From positions 70,786-134,785 of the forward strand of contig CAOKAE010000001.1 of assembly GCA_948466335.1 (NCBI GenBank): a stretch of 64,000 nucleotides of DNA, in the 5' to 3' direction. Numbering within the stretch: position 1 is the stretch's first letter; each line of letters starts with the position of its first letter. The notes beneath the pieces were generated by a model. The model did not search any database, was not told the DNA's origin, and was given only the letters and a program-made list of their open reading frames with translations. Below, piece by piece: positions 1-9,799 of this stretch. The position numbers and the translations under genes were made by a program. This DNA comes from an uncultured Coriobacteriia bacterium (GTDB lineage Bacteria; Actinomycetota; Coriobacteriia; Coriobacteriales; QAMH01).

Positions 1-1056
1 CTTGTCGATGCCGCCACCGACGACCTGCGCTAGAATCTCGCCGCCACGCTGGGCGACGGGGATGAAGTACTTGAGCTGCGCCATGACGTCGGCCGGAATG
101 CGCGCGGCGTTCACAGCCGTAGCAACGGTCTTGCCCTCGAGACCGGCGATGACGTACTCGGCAATCTGCGTTGCGGCGCGAATCTGGGCCTCCTTGGTGG
201 ACGCGCCCAGGTGCGGGGTGATGACAGCGTTGTCGAACTTGTGGATGGGCGAATCGGAAACGGGCTCGTTCTCCCACACGTCGATGCCGGCACCGGCCAG
301 ATGGCCGTTCTCGAGCGCGTCGGCGAGCGCGTCGAGGTCGACCAGGCCACCGCGAGCCACGTTGAGGACGATGGCACCCTCGGGCATCTCGGCCAGCTGC
401 TTGGCGCCGATCATGCCCGTGGTCTCGGGAGTCTTGGGCATGTGCAGGGTGATGAAGTCGGACTGCTTGCACACCTCGTCGATGTCATCGAGCAGCGTGA
501 TGCCGTAGTGAGCCGCACGCTCGGGCGGGCAGTACGGATCGTAGCCAATGAGCTTCATGCCAAAGGCGGCGGCACGCTCGGCGACCAGAAGGCCCACGTG
601 ACCGGTACCGAAGATGCCGAGCGTCTTGTCCTGGAGCTCCTTGCCCGTGAACTTGGAGCGATCCCACTTGCCCTCCTTCATCGAAGCACTCGCGGCCGCG
701 GTGTTGCGCGCGGTGGCGAGCATGAGGGCCATGGTTTGCTCGGCGGCAGACACGACGTTGGACAGCGGGGCATTGCACACGATGATGCCGCGCTCGGTCG
801 CCGCCTCGCGATCGATGTTGTCGACGCCCACGCCAGCGCGTCCGATGATCTTGAGGTTCTTCCCGGCCTCGATGACCTCGCGCGTGACCGTCGTGGCCGA
901 GCGCACGATGAGCGCATCGTACTCGGGAATCAGCTCGACAAGCTCCTCGGGGGTGGTGTCGGGCTTGAACGTGACTTCGTAGCCGGCATCTTCGAGGACG
1001 GCGATGCCCGCTGCGTTAAACTTTTCCGGAATGAGGACCTTCACGGTGGACTCCAT
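1..1056 (-). CDS. serA: D-3-phosphoglycerate dehydrogenase (3' end runs off window)
   Basis: Manual translation from ATG at 1056: MESTVKVLIPEKF...YDALIVRSATTVT...IIGRAGVGVDNID...GIFGTGHVG; not listed in the ORF track because it is open at the window edge. Confidence 0.9.
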   Translation of the reverse strand, partial: MESTVKVLIPEKFNAAGIAVLEDAGYEVTFKPDTTPEELVELIPEYDALIVRSATTVTREVIEAGKNLKIIGRAGVGVDNIDREAATERGIIVCNAPLSNVVSAAEQTMALMLATARNTAAASASMKEGKWDRSKFTGKELQDKTLGIFGTGHVGLLVAERAAAFGMKLIGYDPYCPPERAAHYGITLLDDIDEVCKQSDFITLHMPKTPETTGMIGAKQLAEMPEGAIVLNVARGGLVDLDALADALENGHLAGAGIDVWENEPVSDSPIHKFDNAVITPHLGASTKEAQIRAATQIAEYVIAGLEGKTVATAVNAARIPADVMAQLKYFIPVAQRGGEILAQVVGGGIDK

Positions 1057-1182
1057 TTCTCCTGCCGATATTGACCGAGTAATATAGCACACTAAAGTGC
1101 CGTATGCTGTATACATATATAGTTACATTACCGCGCATCGAATGTATCAAATGCTACATCTGAACACTTGAAAGGACGATTC

Positions 1183-1539
1183 ATGGCCTCATCATACGAC
1201 GTCATCGTCGATACTCCCAAGTACCACCTTCAGGGGAAGGCGAAGCTCGAGCTCAAGGGCGATGCTGCCTGGGCACAGCTCGACATCACCGACTGGGGTT
1301 CGCTCGAGGGCGAGGGCACACGTGACGGCAAAAACTTCGTCGTATCCGGTGTCGCGCATATCGAAGGCAAGGACATCGAGTTCACCGCGCATGGCGCCAC
1401 GTGGGCGAACAGCATCGACGTCAAGGCCCAGACGAGCATTGGCGAAGTCGTCATCTACGGCACGATGACCGGGTACTCCGCCGGTGACGTGGTAGGCAAC
1501 GACGCCGGCTTCGCGGGACGTTGGGCCGACGTCCAGTAA
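1183..1539 (+). CDS. hypothetical protein
   Basis: AAGGA RBS before ATG 1183; host-like codon usage; no recognised motif. Confidence 0.65.
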   Translation: MASSYDVIVDTPKYHLQGKAKLELKGDAAWAQLDITDWGSLEGEGTRDGKNFVVSGVAHIEGKDIEFTAHGATWANSIDVKAQTSIGEVVIYGTMTGYSAGDVVGNDAGFAGRWADVQ

Positions 1540-1648
1540 GCGCAGGTTCCCGTAAGCCATAACCTGCGCAAACACGGGCGTTTTGCTTGCATAGCACACG
1601 GTCACGATATATCCTCAACAGCAATTCCGCTCCAGAGAAAGGTCGATC

Positions 1649-2200
1649 ATGTCAACTGATTTCATCGCCATCGGGCAGCGCATCCAGGGCATTCGCGAGG
1701 CCTGCGACGTCACGCGCGAGGATATGGCAGCCGACCTCGACGTCGATCTGGAGACCTACACCAAGTGGGAGGAGACCGGCGCCGACGTGCCCATCTCGGC
1801 CATCTATCACATGGCCAACCGCTTCGGCATCGAGTTCACCGAGATCCTGACGGGCAAGTCGGGACACCTCGACACCTTCCATCTCATCAAGGCGGGCGAG
1901 GGTCGCGAGGTCGACCGTATCCCCGGCTACCACTTCGAGGACCTGGCCTGGCGCTTCACGCAAAAGGACTTCCAGCCGCTGCTCGTCACGCTCGACCCCC
2001 ACGACGAGCCCGCTGAGCTCGTCGACCACCGCGGCCAAGAATTCAACTACATCCTCGAGGGCTCCATCGTCTTCACCTTCGACGACCGCGAAATCATCCT
2101 CGATGCGGGCGATTCCATCTTCTTCAATCCGGAGCACATGCACGGGCAGCGCTGCAACGGCGACGTACCCGCCAAGTTCCTCACCATCATCAGCGAATGA
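1649..2200 (+). CDS. XRE-family HTH plus cupin transcriptional regulator
   Basis: N-terminal HTH (IGQRIQGIREACDVTREDMA...YTKWEE); cupin (HRGQEFNYILEG...GDSIFFNPEHMHG); stop TGA lies inside a REP copy. Confidence 0.9.
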   Translation: MSTDFIAIGQRIQGIREACDVTREDMAADLDVDLETYTKWEETGADVPISAIYHMANRFGIEFTEILTGKSGHLDTFHLIKAGEGREVDRIPGYHFEDLAWRFTQKDFQPLLVTLDPHDEPAELVDHRGQEFNYILEGSIVFTFDDREIILDAGDSIFFNPEHMHGQRCNGDVPAKFLTIISE

Positions 2201-2230
2201 GACAAATGTGTCTGACCAATTTGTCTCATT
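2196..2230. repeat. 35-bp REP-like palindrome (family A)
   Basis: aatgagacaaatgtgtctgaccaatttgtctcatt; TGA 2198-2200 is the regulator's stop codon. Confidence 0.95.
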
Positions 2231-2267
2231 AACGACAGGAACCAGCAAGGAAAGAACAGGAAAGACC

Positions 2268-3941
2268 GTGGACTACATACTCAAGAAATACTGCCCCCGC
2301 ATCGAGTTCGACTCCTACGAGGACTTCTATGAGAACTTCCGGATAGAGGTGCCCGAGAACTTCAACTTCGCCTACGACGTCGTTGACGAGTGGGCGCGCG
2401 TCGAACCCGAGAAGAAGGCCCTCGTGTGGATCAACGACGCCGGCGAGGAACGTACCTTCACGTTCACGGACATCTCGCGTCTCTCGAACCGCGCGGCCAA
2501 CGCGTTTTGGCAGCTCGGCATCCGCAAGGGCGACGTCGTCATGATGATGCTGCGCCGCCGCTGGGAATACTGGGTGTGCGCGGTGGCGCTCGCCAAGATC
2601 GGTGCCTCGATCATCCCCGCGACCATCCAACTCACCTCGAAGGACATCGCCTACCGCGCGAATTCCGCCGACGTGAAGATGGTGATTTGCGTTGACGACG
2701 ACTACGTGGTCGAGCAGGTGGAAGGCGCGCTGCCCAACGCCGCGAGCATCAAGGACAAGGTGCTCGTCGCCGGCACGCACGAGGGTTGGCTGTCCTTCGA
2801 CGAGCTCATCGAGGGTGCGAGCGACGAGTGGGAGCGCCCCACGGGAGACGCCGCCACGTCCATCGACGACATAATGCTCATCTACTTCACGAGCGGCACG
2901 ACCGGCAACGCCAAGGCCGTCGAGCACAGCTTCAAGCACCCGCTGGGCCACATCCTCACCGCCAAGTACTGGCAGCAGGTGCGCGAGAATCACCTGCATA
3001 TGTCCGTGACCGACAGCGGTTGGGCCAAGTTTGGCTGGGGCAAGATCTACGGCCAGTGGATCGCCGGCGCGACGATCTTCTGCTACGACATGGACAAGTT
3101 CATACCTGCCAAGCTGCTGCAGGTCATGCAGGACTACGACCTCGCGACGTTTTGCGCGCCGCCCACCATGTATCGCTTCATGCTGCAGGAAGACGTCTCG
3201 GCCTACGACCTCTCGTCCATCGAGAACTTCGCGACCGCGGGCGAACCCCTCAACGGCGAGGTGACCATCCAATGGGAGAAGCTCACGGGTAAGAAGATCC
3301 GCGAGGGCTTTGGCCAGACGGAAGGACCCGTGCTGCTAGCCACCTATCCGTGGATCGAGCCACGCCCCGGTTCCATGGGCAAGCCGAGCCCGCTGCTCAA
3401 CATCAAGCTCCTCGATGATGACGGCCGCGAAGTCGACGATGGTAGCGAAGGTGCTATCTGCGTCACGGGCCTCAAGGAAGCCTATCCGCCGGGCCTGTTC
3501 GTGGGCTACTACAACGAGCCCGAGCGCACGGCTGAGGCCGTGGGTGGCGAGTACTACAACCTGCACGACATGGCGTGGCGCGACACCGATGGGTACTGCT
3601 TCTTCGTGGGTCGCAACGACGACGTCATCAAGTGCTCCGGCTACCGCATCGGCCCCTTCGAGGTGGAAAGCGCGCTCGTGGCGCATCCGGCTGTCGTCGA
3701 GTGTGCCGTCACCGCCGCTCCCGACCCGGTGCGCGGCAAGGTCGTGAAGGCGTCCATCATCCTCGCGAAGGGCTACGAGCCGAGCGACGAACTCACCAAG
3801 GAGCTGCAAGACCACGTCAAGCACACGACGGCGCCGTACAAGTACCCGCGCATCGTGGAATATGTCGATGACCTGCCCAAGACCATCGGTGGCAAGATCA
3901 AGCGCAAGATGATCCGCAACGCCGACGGGGTTACGGACTAA
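2268..3941 (+). CDS. acyl-/acetyl-CoA synthetase (AMP-forming)
   Basis: YFTSGTTGNAK, EGFGQTE, GRNDDVIKCSGYRIGPFEVES, LPKTIGGKI; GTG 2268 preferred because the upstream extension is REP-derived. Confidence 0.9.
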   Translation: MDYILKKYCPRIEFDSYEDFYENFRIEVPENFNFAYDVVDEWARVEPEKKALVWINDAGEERTFTFTDISRLSNRAANAFWQLGIRKGDVVMMMLRRRWEYWVCAVALAKIGASIIPATIQLTSKDIAYRANSADVKMVICVDDDYVVEQVEGALPNAASIKDKVLVAGTHEGWLSFDELIEGASDEWERPTGDAATSIDDIMLIYFTSGTTGNAKAVEHSFKHPLGHILTAKYWQQVRENHLHMSVTDSGWAKFGWGKIYGQWIAGATIFCYDMDKFIPAKLLQVMQDYDLATFCAPPTMYRFMLQEDVSAYDLSSIENFATAGEPLNGEVTIQWEKLTGKKIREGFGQTEGPVLLATYPWIEPRPGSMGKPSPLLNIKLLDDDGREVDDGSEGAICVTGLKEAYPPGLFVGYYNEPERTAEAVGGEYYNLHDMAWRDTDGYCFFVGRNDDVIKCSGYRIGPFEVESALVAHPAVVECAVTAAPDPVRGKVVKASIILAKGYEPSDELTKELQDHVKHTTAPYKYPRIVEYVDDLPKTIGGKIKRKMIRNADGVTD

Positions 3942-3975
3942 GCTCAGATTGAGGGCTGGCTCTCAATCTGAGCTT
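3940..3975. terminator. hairpin between convergent genes, probable bidirectional terminator
   Basis: aagctcagattgag-N8-ctcaatctgagctt, 14-bp perfect stem. Confidence 0.6.
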
Positions 3976-3995
3976 GTCCTCCACGGTTAAATTGG

Positions 3996-4469
3996 CTAGT
4001 CGTTCGCCAGAGCGATCTTGCCGGTGCGGATCATTTCCCTGATGCCGTAAGGGCTCAGAAGCGTCTCGAAGGCCTCGAGCCTTCCGGCTGTCTCGGTCAG
4101 CTCGATGATGAGCGAGTCGCTTGCTCCACCGTCGATCTTGGCCCCGAAGTTCTTCGCAAGCTCGATGATCTCACCGCGCTTCTCGGGAGGCACATCCACC
4201 TTGAAGAGCACGAGTTCGCGCTCGATGTGGTCCATGTCGGTGAGGTCGGTCACCTTGTACACGTTGATGAGCTTGTGGAGCTGCTTGGTCACCTGCTCGA
4301 CGATATGCTCGTCGGCGTCGACCACCATGGTCACGCGGCTACGCACGTCTTCCTCGGTATTGCTGACGGCCAGCGATTCGATGTTGAAGCCACGGCGTGA
4401 GACGAGGCCGGCGATGCGGGCCAGCACGCCCGGCTTGTTGTCGACCCATACCGAAAGAACACGCGACAT
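3996..4469 (-). CDS. ilvN: acetolactate synthase small subunit
   Basis: MSRVLSVWVDNKPGVLARIAGLVSRRGFNIESLAV ACT domain; directly follows ilvB. Confidence 0.93.
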   Translation of the reverse strand: MSRVLSVWVDNKPGVLARIAGLVSRRGFNIESLAVSNTEEDVRSRVTMVVDADEHIVEQVTKQLHKLINVYKVTDLTDMDHIERELVLFKVDVPPEKRGEIIELAKNFGAKIDGGASDSLIIELTETAGRLEAFETLLSPYGIREMIRTGKIALAND

Positions 4470-4471
4470 GG

Positions 4472-6190
4472 CTACTCCTCGTCTCGCAGGTCTGAAACGC
4501 CCTTGGCCGAGCCGTCGCACGCGTCCTTGGGATACACGTCCTCGTCGCTCGTGATGGGAATCCACAGAAGCGACGGCTCTTCGTCCGCAAGCCATTGCCG
4601 CATGGTCGCCTCGAGCTCCGACGGGGTTTCGGCCTTGCGCCCGCTCCACCCATAGGCGCAAGCCAGCGCGACGAAATCGGGATTACCGGTGAACAGCGTC
4701 TGGCTATAGCGCTCGTCGTGGAACTGTTCCTGCATCTGGCGCACCATGCCCAGGCAGCTATTATCGAGCAACAACACCTTGACCGGCAGGTCGTTCTCGC
4801 GAATCGTGGCCATCTCCTGGATGTTCATCTGGATGGAGCCATCGCCCGTGATGCAGATGACGCGGCTGCGGGGCAATCCGAGCTGGGCACCCATGGCCGC
4901 CGGCAGACCGAACCCCATGGTTCCCGCACCGCCGCTTGACGCGAAGCTGCGCGGCCTCGTGGTGTGGATGAGCTGGCTCGCCCACATCTGGTGCTGGCCC
5001 ACGTCGGTGGTGAAGATGGTGTCGCGATCCTTCGTGAGCTCGTCCAGGAGCATCATCACCTGCTCGGGGCGAATCGTCTGCTCGTCGCGCATGATGCGAT
5101 GGGGCTGCTCGCGCTTCCATTGCGCGATGCTCTCGAGCCATGCGGTGGTTTGCGGTTGCGCGCCATCCTTGCGCAGCTCCTCGATGAGGGAGCCGAGCAC
5201 CGTCTTCACATCGCCCACGATGGGGATGTCGGCGTGGTGGTTCTTGCCTATCTCGGCGGGGTCGATGTCGATGTGTATCACGCGCGCATGCGGCGCGAAG
5301 GCCTCCGCATCGCCTGTCGAGCGATTCGCGAAGCGCGTGCCCACGGCTAGCACGAGGTCGCTTTGATGCATCGTCTCGTTGGCGGCCGGCAGACCATACA
5401 TGCCGAGCATTCCCAGGTTGAGCGGGCTATCCTCGGGAAAGCCGCCCTTGCCGGTGAGGGTGGTGGCGACGGGAATCTGCATGGATTCGGCAAGCTGCGC
5501 GAGTTCGGGCGTGGCACCCGAGGCGATGACACCGCCTCCCGCGTAAATGACGGGACGCTTCGCCTGCTCGATGGCATGGGCCGCCTGCTTCACCTGCCTG
5601 CTATTACCCTTGTAGGTGGGCTTGTAGGATTGGAGCCTGACCTCGGCGGGATAGCTATAGGCAACGTCGAGCTCGCGGGCGAGATTGCTCGGGATATCGA
5701 TGACCACGGGACCCGGACGGCCCGTCGAGGCGATGTGATAGGCCTGGGCGACGGTGGCGGGGATTTCCGCCGCGCTCTTGACGAGATAGCTGTGCTTGAC
5801 GATGGGGAGCGTGATGCCCGTCATGTCCGACTCCTGGAACGCGTCGCTGCCCAGCGCGTCGGTGGGCACCTGACCGGTGATGACGACGAGCGGGATGGAG
5901 TCCATGTAGGCGGTGGCGATGCCCGTGACGGTGTTGGTGGCACCGGGGCCGCTCGTGACGATGACGGTACCCGGCTTGCCGGTAGCCCGCGCGTAACCAT
6001 CGGCTGCATGCACGGCGCCCTGCTCGTGACGCACGAGGACGTGGTCGAGCTTGCTGCTATCGTAGAGCGCGTCGTAGATGTCGAGGGCATGGCCGCCGGG
6101 GTAGCCGAAGACGGTTTCGACGCCGGCATCCTCGAGTGCGCGAATGAGGCACTGGGCTCCGTTCATCTTCGTTTCGTTGCGCTTGCTCAT
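4472..6190 (-). CDS. ilvB: acetolactate synthase large subunit
   Basis: VFGYPGG, VRHEQGAVHAADGYARATG, TPP-binding GDGSIQMNIQE...LLDN. Confidence 0.95.
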   Translation of the reverse strand: MSKRNETKMNGAQCLIRALEDAGVETVFGYPGGHALDIYDALYDSSKLDHVLVRHEQGAVHAADGYARATGKPGTVIVTSGPGATNTVTGIATAYMDSIPLVVITGQVPTDALGSDAFQESDMTGITLPIVKHSYLVKSAAEIPATVAQAYHIASTGRPGPVVIDIPSNLARELDVAYSYPAEVRLQSYKPTYKGNSRQVKQAAHAIEQAKRPVIYAGGGVIASGATPELAQLAESMQIPVATTLTGKGGFPEDSPLNLGMLGMYGLPAANETMHQSDLVLAVGTRFANRSTGDAEAFAPHARVIHIDIDPAEIGKNHHADIPIVGDVKTVLGSLIEELRKDGAQPQTTAWLESIAQWKREQPHRIMRDEQTIRPEQVMMLLDELTKDRDTIFTTDVGQHQMWASQLIHTTRPRSFASSGGAGTMGFGLPAAMGAQLGLPRSRVICITGDGSIQMNIQEMATIRENDLPVKVLLLDNSCLGMVRQMQEQFHDERYSQTLFTGNPDFVALACAYGWSGRKAETPSELEATMRQWLADEEPSLLWIPITSDEDVYPKDACDGSAKGVSDLRDEE

Positions 6191-6243
6191 CGCGATACCG
6201 TCGTTTCCCTCGTCATTGGGCTTTGATAGCGTAATTACCTATT

Positions 6244-7125
6244 CTACGCGAGGAAGAGCTCGTTGACGACGAGCATCACGGCCGCCACGGCGAGCAAACC
6301 CGAGAAGATGAAGCGCAGCGTGCGTTCGGGCACGCGCGAAACGAGCTTCGCGCCCAGCACGGCGCCGGGAATCGCACCCACGCATAGCATGATACCCGCC
6401 AGGTAATCGATATGGCCGAGCATGGCCTGCTGGATGACGCCCGGGATTGCCAGGATGATGATGGCGATGAGCGAGGTGCCCGAGGTGTTCTTCATGGGGA
6501 TGCCGAGCCACGCCGTCATGAGCGGCACCATGATGAAGCCGCCGCCCACACCCACGTAGCCCGAGGCGAAGCCCGCTATCAGGCCGATGACGATGCCAAG
6601 GGCGACGTTGCGTGCCGCGAGCGCGGGGGCCGCGGGGCATGATACGCGAGGGTCTGTCCCCTCATTGTCGGGCGGCGTTGAGTCGGGGGTCTGTCCCCTC
6701 ATTGTCGCCTGCGCTGAAGTGCGGGGGTCTGTCCCCCTCTTATTGCCGCCCATGCGAAGCGCTTTGCTGAGCATGGTGAACGCCGAATACGCGATGATAA
6801 CCGCCGCCACGAGCATGATGAGCCACGCCGGTGATATCGATCCCAGATACACGCCAGCAGACGAGGTGATAGCGCCCGCCACGCCAAGGATGATGCCGAG
6901 CTTGGGAATGCAGGTACGCGAGCGAATGTGCGCAACGGCACCCGCAAGCGAGATGGGGATGATCGCGAAGAGCGAGGTCGCCGTGGCCATGAAGGCGTCA
7001 AGTCCGTAGCCCAGGCGCAGGACGGGAATGATGATGGTGCCGCCACCGATACCGAGCAATCCCGACAGCACGCCGATGCCGAGGCCCACGACGATGAGCA
7101 CAATGGATGTGATTACGAGCTCCAT
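6244..7125 (-). CDS. TSUP/TauE-SafE family membrane transporter
   Basis: Duplicated SGLLGIGGG / SGYVGVGGG motifs, multiple TM segments; central loop encoded by repeats. Confidence 0.88.
   Translation of the reverse strand: MELVITSIVLIVVGLGIGVLSGLLGIGGGTIIIPVLRLGYGLDAFMATATSLFAIIPISLAGAVAHIRSRTCIPKLGIILGVAGAITSSAGVYLGSISPAWLIMLVAAVIIAYSAFTMLSKALRMGGNKRGTDPRTSAQATMRGQTPDSTPPDNEGTDPRVSCPAAPALAARNVALGIVIGLIAGFASGYVGVGGGFIMVPLMTAWLGIPMKNTSGTSLIAIIILAIPGVIQQAMLGHIDYLAGIMLCVGAIPGAVLGAKLVSRVPERTLRFIFSGLLAVAAVMLVVNELFLA
6648..6748. repeat. three tandem GGGGTCTGTCCCC(TCATTGTCG) units (family B) inside the TSUP gene
   Basis: Copies start at 6648, 6685 and 6723 (37-38 bp period). Confidence 0.85.
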
Positions 7126-7137
7126 GTCACCATGATA

Positions 7138-7172
7138 AATGAGACAGATTTGTCTGACCAATCTGTCTCATT
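7138..7172. repeat. 35-bp REP-like palindrome (family A)
   Basis: aatgagacagatttgtctgaccaatctgtctcatt, intergenic. Confidence 0.95.
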
Positions 7173-7199
7173 ATTTGACGGTACTTGTCAAACCCTGCA

Positions 7200-8261
7200 T
7201 TAGATGAGGGCCATTTGCTCCGCACAGGTGCTATACCAATGGCCGGCGTTGGAGGGACAGTACGTAGCAGCGGCCTCGCGCGTGAGATAGCCGCCGTACA
7301 ACGACCCGCCGAGCGCGGAAACGACCCTGTTGATGCCCTCTTCCCATGAGCCGAAGCTGTAGCTGCCGTATCCCCATGCGTTGTGCGAGCGGAAGCACGC
7401 AGCACCCTTGCTGCTCTCGACATAGGAGATGGCCGGTGCCCAGCGCGGGTCGACGCCGTTATCCCAGGCGGCAGCCGCGTAGTACTCGCCCGTGCCGGCC
7501 ATGGGCGAACCCGAGAGGTACGCGTCGATGCGCGGTGCCCAGCTATCGACGAAATCGGCCTTGTCAGCCGACCATCCCACATGGGAGGCGCTTGCCGACG
7601 ATGCCGCGCTGCTTGCCGCGCTTGCAGCCTGCTTTTCCTCGGCGCTGGCCGAGGAGGAGTTGATGACGTACTGGTTTGCCTGCTGCTCGGCGGCCTGCGC
7701 CGCGGCGGCCCGTGCCGCCACGCGCTCGCGAGCCTCGCGGGCCTGCTGCAGCGACGCGAGTGCGTCCTGCGCCGCCTGGTCCGCGCCCGCCTTGTCGCTT
7801 TCGAGCTGCTGCCTGGCGTTCTTGAGCTCGGATTCCATCTGGATGGCGTTCTGGATTTCCGCCGTGTTGTACTCGAGGATCCAATTGTAGGAATCGACGA
7901 TGGCCAACATGTCGGTGACGCTCGTGGACTCGAGCAGCATCATGAGGATGCTCGACGAATCGTACTCGTACTTGTAGAGCGCCCGCACGCTCTCGTCGGA
8001 GCGCTCGCGCTGTGCGGGGAGCTTGGCTTCGAGCTCGGCAATGCGGGCGTCGAGCTGCGCTATCTCGGACGCAAGCTCCTCCTGGCGCGAGATGGCGTCG
8101 TTATAGGCATCGGCGCTCGACTTGACCTGCGCCTCGAGCTCTTCTGCTTCTTCGTCTGCGATGGATGTCTGCACAAACCCGCTGCCGACAAGGCCGAACA
8201 CCAGCGCGATTAGGGATGCAAGCGCCAGGACGATGCCTCGGTTGAGTGCGTGTTGCAGCAA
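7200..8261 (-). CDS. secreted coiled-coil protein with C-terminal lysozyme/glucosaminidase-like domain (putative cell-wall hydrolase)
   Basis: Signal peptide, PcsB/CwlO-like coiled coil, then GVDPRWAPAISYVESSKG...HNAWG. Confidence 0.7.
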   Translation of the reverse strand: MLQHALNRGIVLALASLIALVFGLVGSGFVQTSIADEEAEELEAQVKSSADAYNDAISRQEELASEIAQLDARIAELEAKLPAQRERSDESVRALYKYEYDSSSILMMLLESTSVTDMLAIVDSYNWILEYNTAEIQNAIQMESELKNARQQLESDKAGADQAAQDALASLQQAREARERVAARAAAAQAAEQQANQYVINSSSASAEEKQAASAASSAASSASASHVGWSADKADFVDSWAPRIDAYLSGSPMAGTGEYYAAAAWDNGVDPRWAPAISYVESSKGAACFRSHNAWGYGSYSFGSWEEGINRVVSALGGSLYGGYLTREAAATYCPSNAGHWYSTCAEQMALI

Positions 8262-8493
8262 AAGGTGACCTCATTTACGCTTCGTTTACGTGCATGTGGC
8301 ATATCACTTTAGCGTAAGCCCGTGACATGCTCAAAAGCCATCACATTCCCTACATATCCCCTTCACAACTGCTGTTAAGGTGTTCGCGAACATTCCCGTC
8401 CCACTAGAAGGCGCTTCGTCGATAGTTTTGTCATTTCGGTCGAAATGGCAGGTGAGAACAAAAAGGCGCCCGCGCAATGCGGACGCCCCTCGT

Positions 8494-8526
8494 GATGTGT
8501 CAGGGGGTCAGGCACCGTGACACATC
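8494..8526. repeat. REP-like hairpin with GGGGTCAGGCACC core
   Basis: gatgtgtca-gggggtcaggcaccg-tgacacatc, just downstream of serC. Confidence 0.55.
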
Positions 8527-8542
8527 GCCTCCTTACCTGTGC

Positions 8543-9622
8543 TTATTTGTTGTTGGCCTCGAACTCGCTCATGAAGTCGACGAGAGCCTGGACGCCCTCG
8601 ATGGGCATGGCGTTGTAGATGCTGGCGCGCATGCCACCCACGCTGCGATGGCCCTTGATGTTGGCGAAACCAGCCTCGGTCGCCTCGGCGATGAACTTCT
8701 TGTCGAGCTCCGCATCGCCGGTGACAAAGGGGACGTTCATGATGGAGCGGTCCTCGGGCACGACGGTGCCCTTGAAGAGCTCACTCTGGTCGAGGAAATC
8801 GTAGAGCAGCTTGGCCTTGGCCTCGTTGCGCTCCTTCATGGCCTCGAGGCCGCCGAGCTCCTTGATCCACTTGAACACGAGGCCGCACACGTAGATGCCA
8901 TAGCACGGCGGCGTGTTGTAGAGGCTGCCGGCATCGGCCTGCGTCTTGAGGCGCAGCATGGTGGGCACGCCGGGAAGGTCGTCCGGGATGAGGTCCTCGC
9001 GCACGATGACGATCTGCACGCCGGAGGGGCCGACGTTCTTCTGCGCGCCTGCGTGGATGAGGCCGTACTTGCTCACGTCCACGGGCTCGGACAGGAACAT
9101 CGAGCTCTGGTCGGCCACGAGGACGTGGCCCTTGGTGTTGGGCAGCTCGTGGATGCGGTTGCCGTGGATGGTCTCGTTCTCGCACATATAGACGAAGGAG
9201 GCATCGTCGCGGATGTCGAGATCGGAGAGGTCGGGGATGCGCGAGAAGTTATCATCCTCGCCGCTGGCCACGACCTTGACGTCGCCCAAAATCTGGCCTT
9301 CCTTGAGGGCCTTCTTCGACCAGCTACCGGTGACGATGTAATCGGCCTTGCCGTTGGTAGCAAGGTTCTGAAACAGCGACGCGAAGATGAGCGAATCGCC
9401 GCCCTGCAGAAAGAGCACCTTGTAGTTATCGGGGATGTCGAGCAAATCGCGCAGGTCTTGCTCGGCCTCGGTGATGATCTTGGTGAATTCGGGAGAGCGA
9501 TGACTCATCTCCATGACGGACATGCCGCAACCCTCGTAATCGAGCATCTCGTTTGCGGCCTGTTGCAGGACCTCCTCGGGGAGTACCGCCGGACCGGCGG
9601 AAAAGTTGTACACGCGTGCCAT
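8543..9622 (-). CDS. serC: phosphoserine aminotransferase
   Basis: YNFSAGPAVLP, EMSHRS, AGAQKNVGPSG, GHRSVGGMRASIYNA. Confidence 0.96.
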   Translation of the reverse strand: MARVYNFSAGPAVLPEEVLQQAANEMLDYEGCGMSVMEMSHRSPEFTKIITEAEQDLRDLLDIPDNYKVLFLQGGDSLIFASLFQNLATNGKADYIVTGSWSKKALKEGQILGDVKVVASGEDDNFSRIPDLSDLDIRDDASFVYMCENETIHGNRIHELPNTKGHVLVADQSSMFLSEPVDVSKYGLIHAGAQKNVGPSGVQIVIVREDLIPDDLPGVPTMLRLKTQADAGSLYNTPPCYGIYVCGLVFKWIKELGGLEAMKERNEAKAKLLYDFLDQSELFKGTVVPEDRSIMNVPFVTGDAELDKKFIAEATEAGFANIKGHRSVGGMRASIYNAMPIEGVQALVDFMSEFEANNK

Positions 9623-9799
9623 GTGAGTCAGCTTCCTTTCAACCTGAATATGCGAGCGGACTTGCAGTTTAAGCAAGTCCGCTTTCACATCATAGCAGGT
9701 TGTGACTGGCGCGAATGTAGCATTACGCACAAATGGCCAGATGGGCACCCGCGCGAATACCATGGGACGCGATCACTCGCGCCCCATGCCGCGCTACCT

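Noticed and set aside
8381-8392. LexA box (tgttcgcgaaca)
   Set aside because: Half-site order and spacing do not match CGAAC-N4-GTTCG
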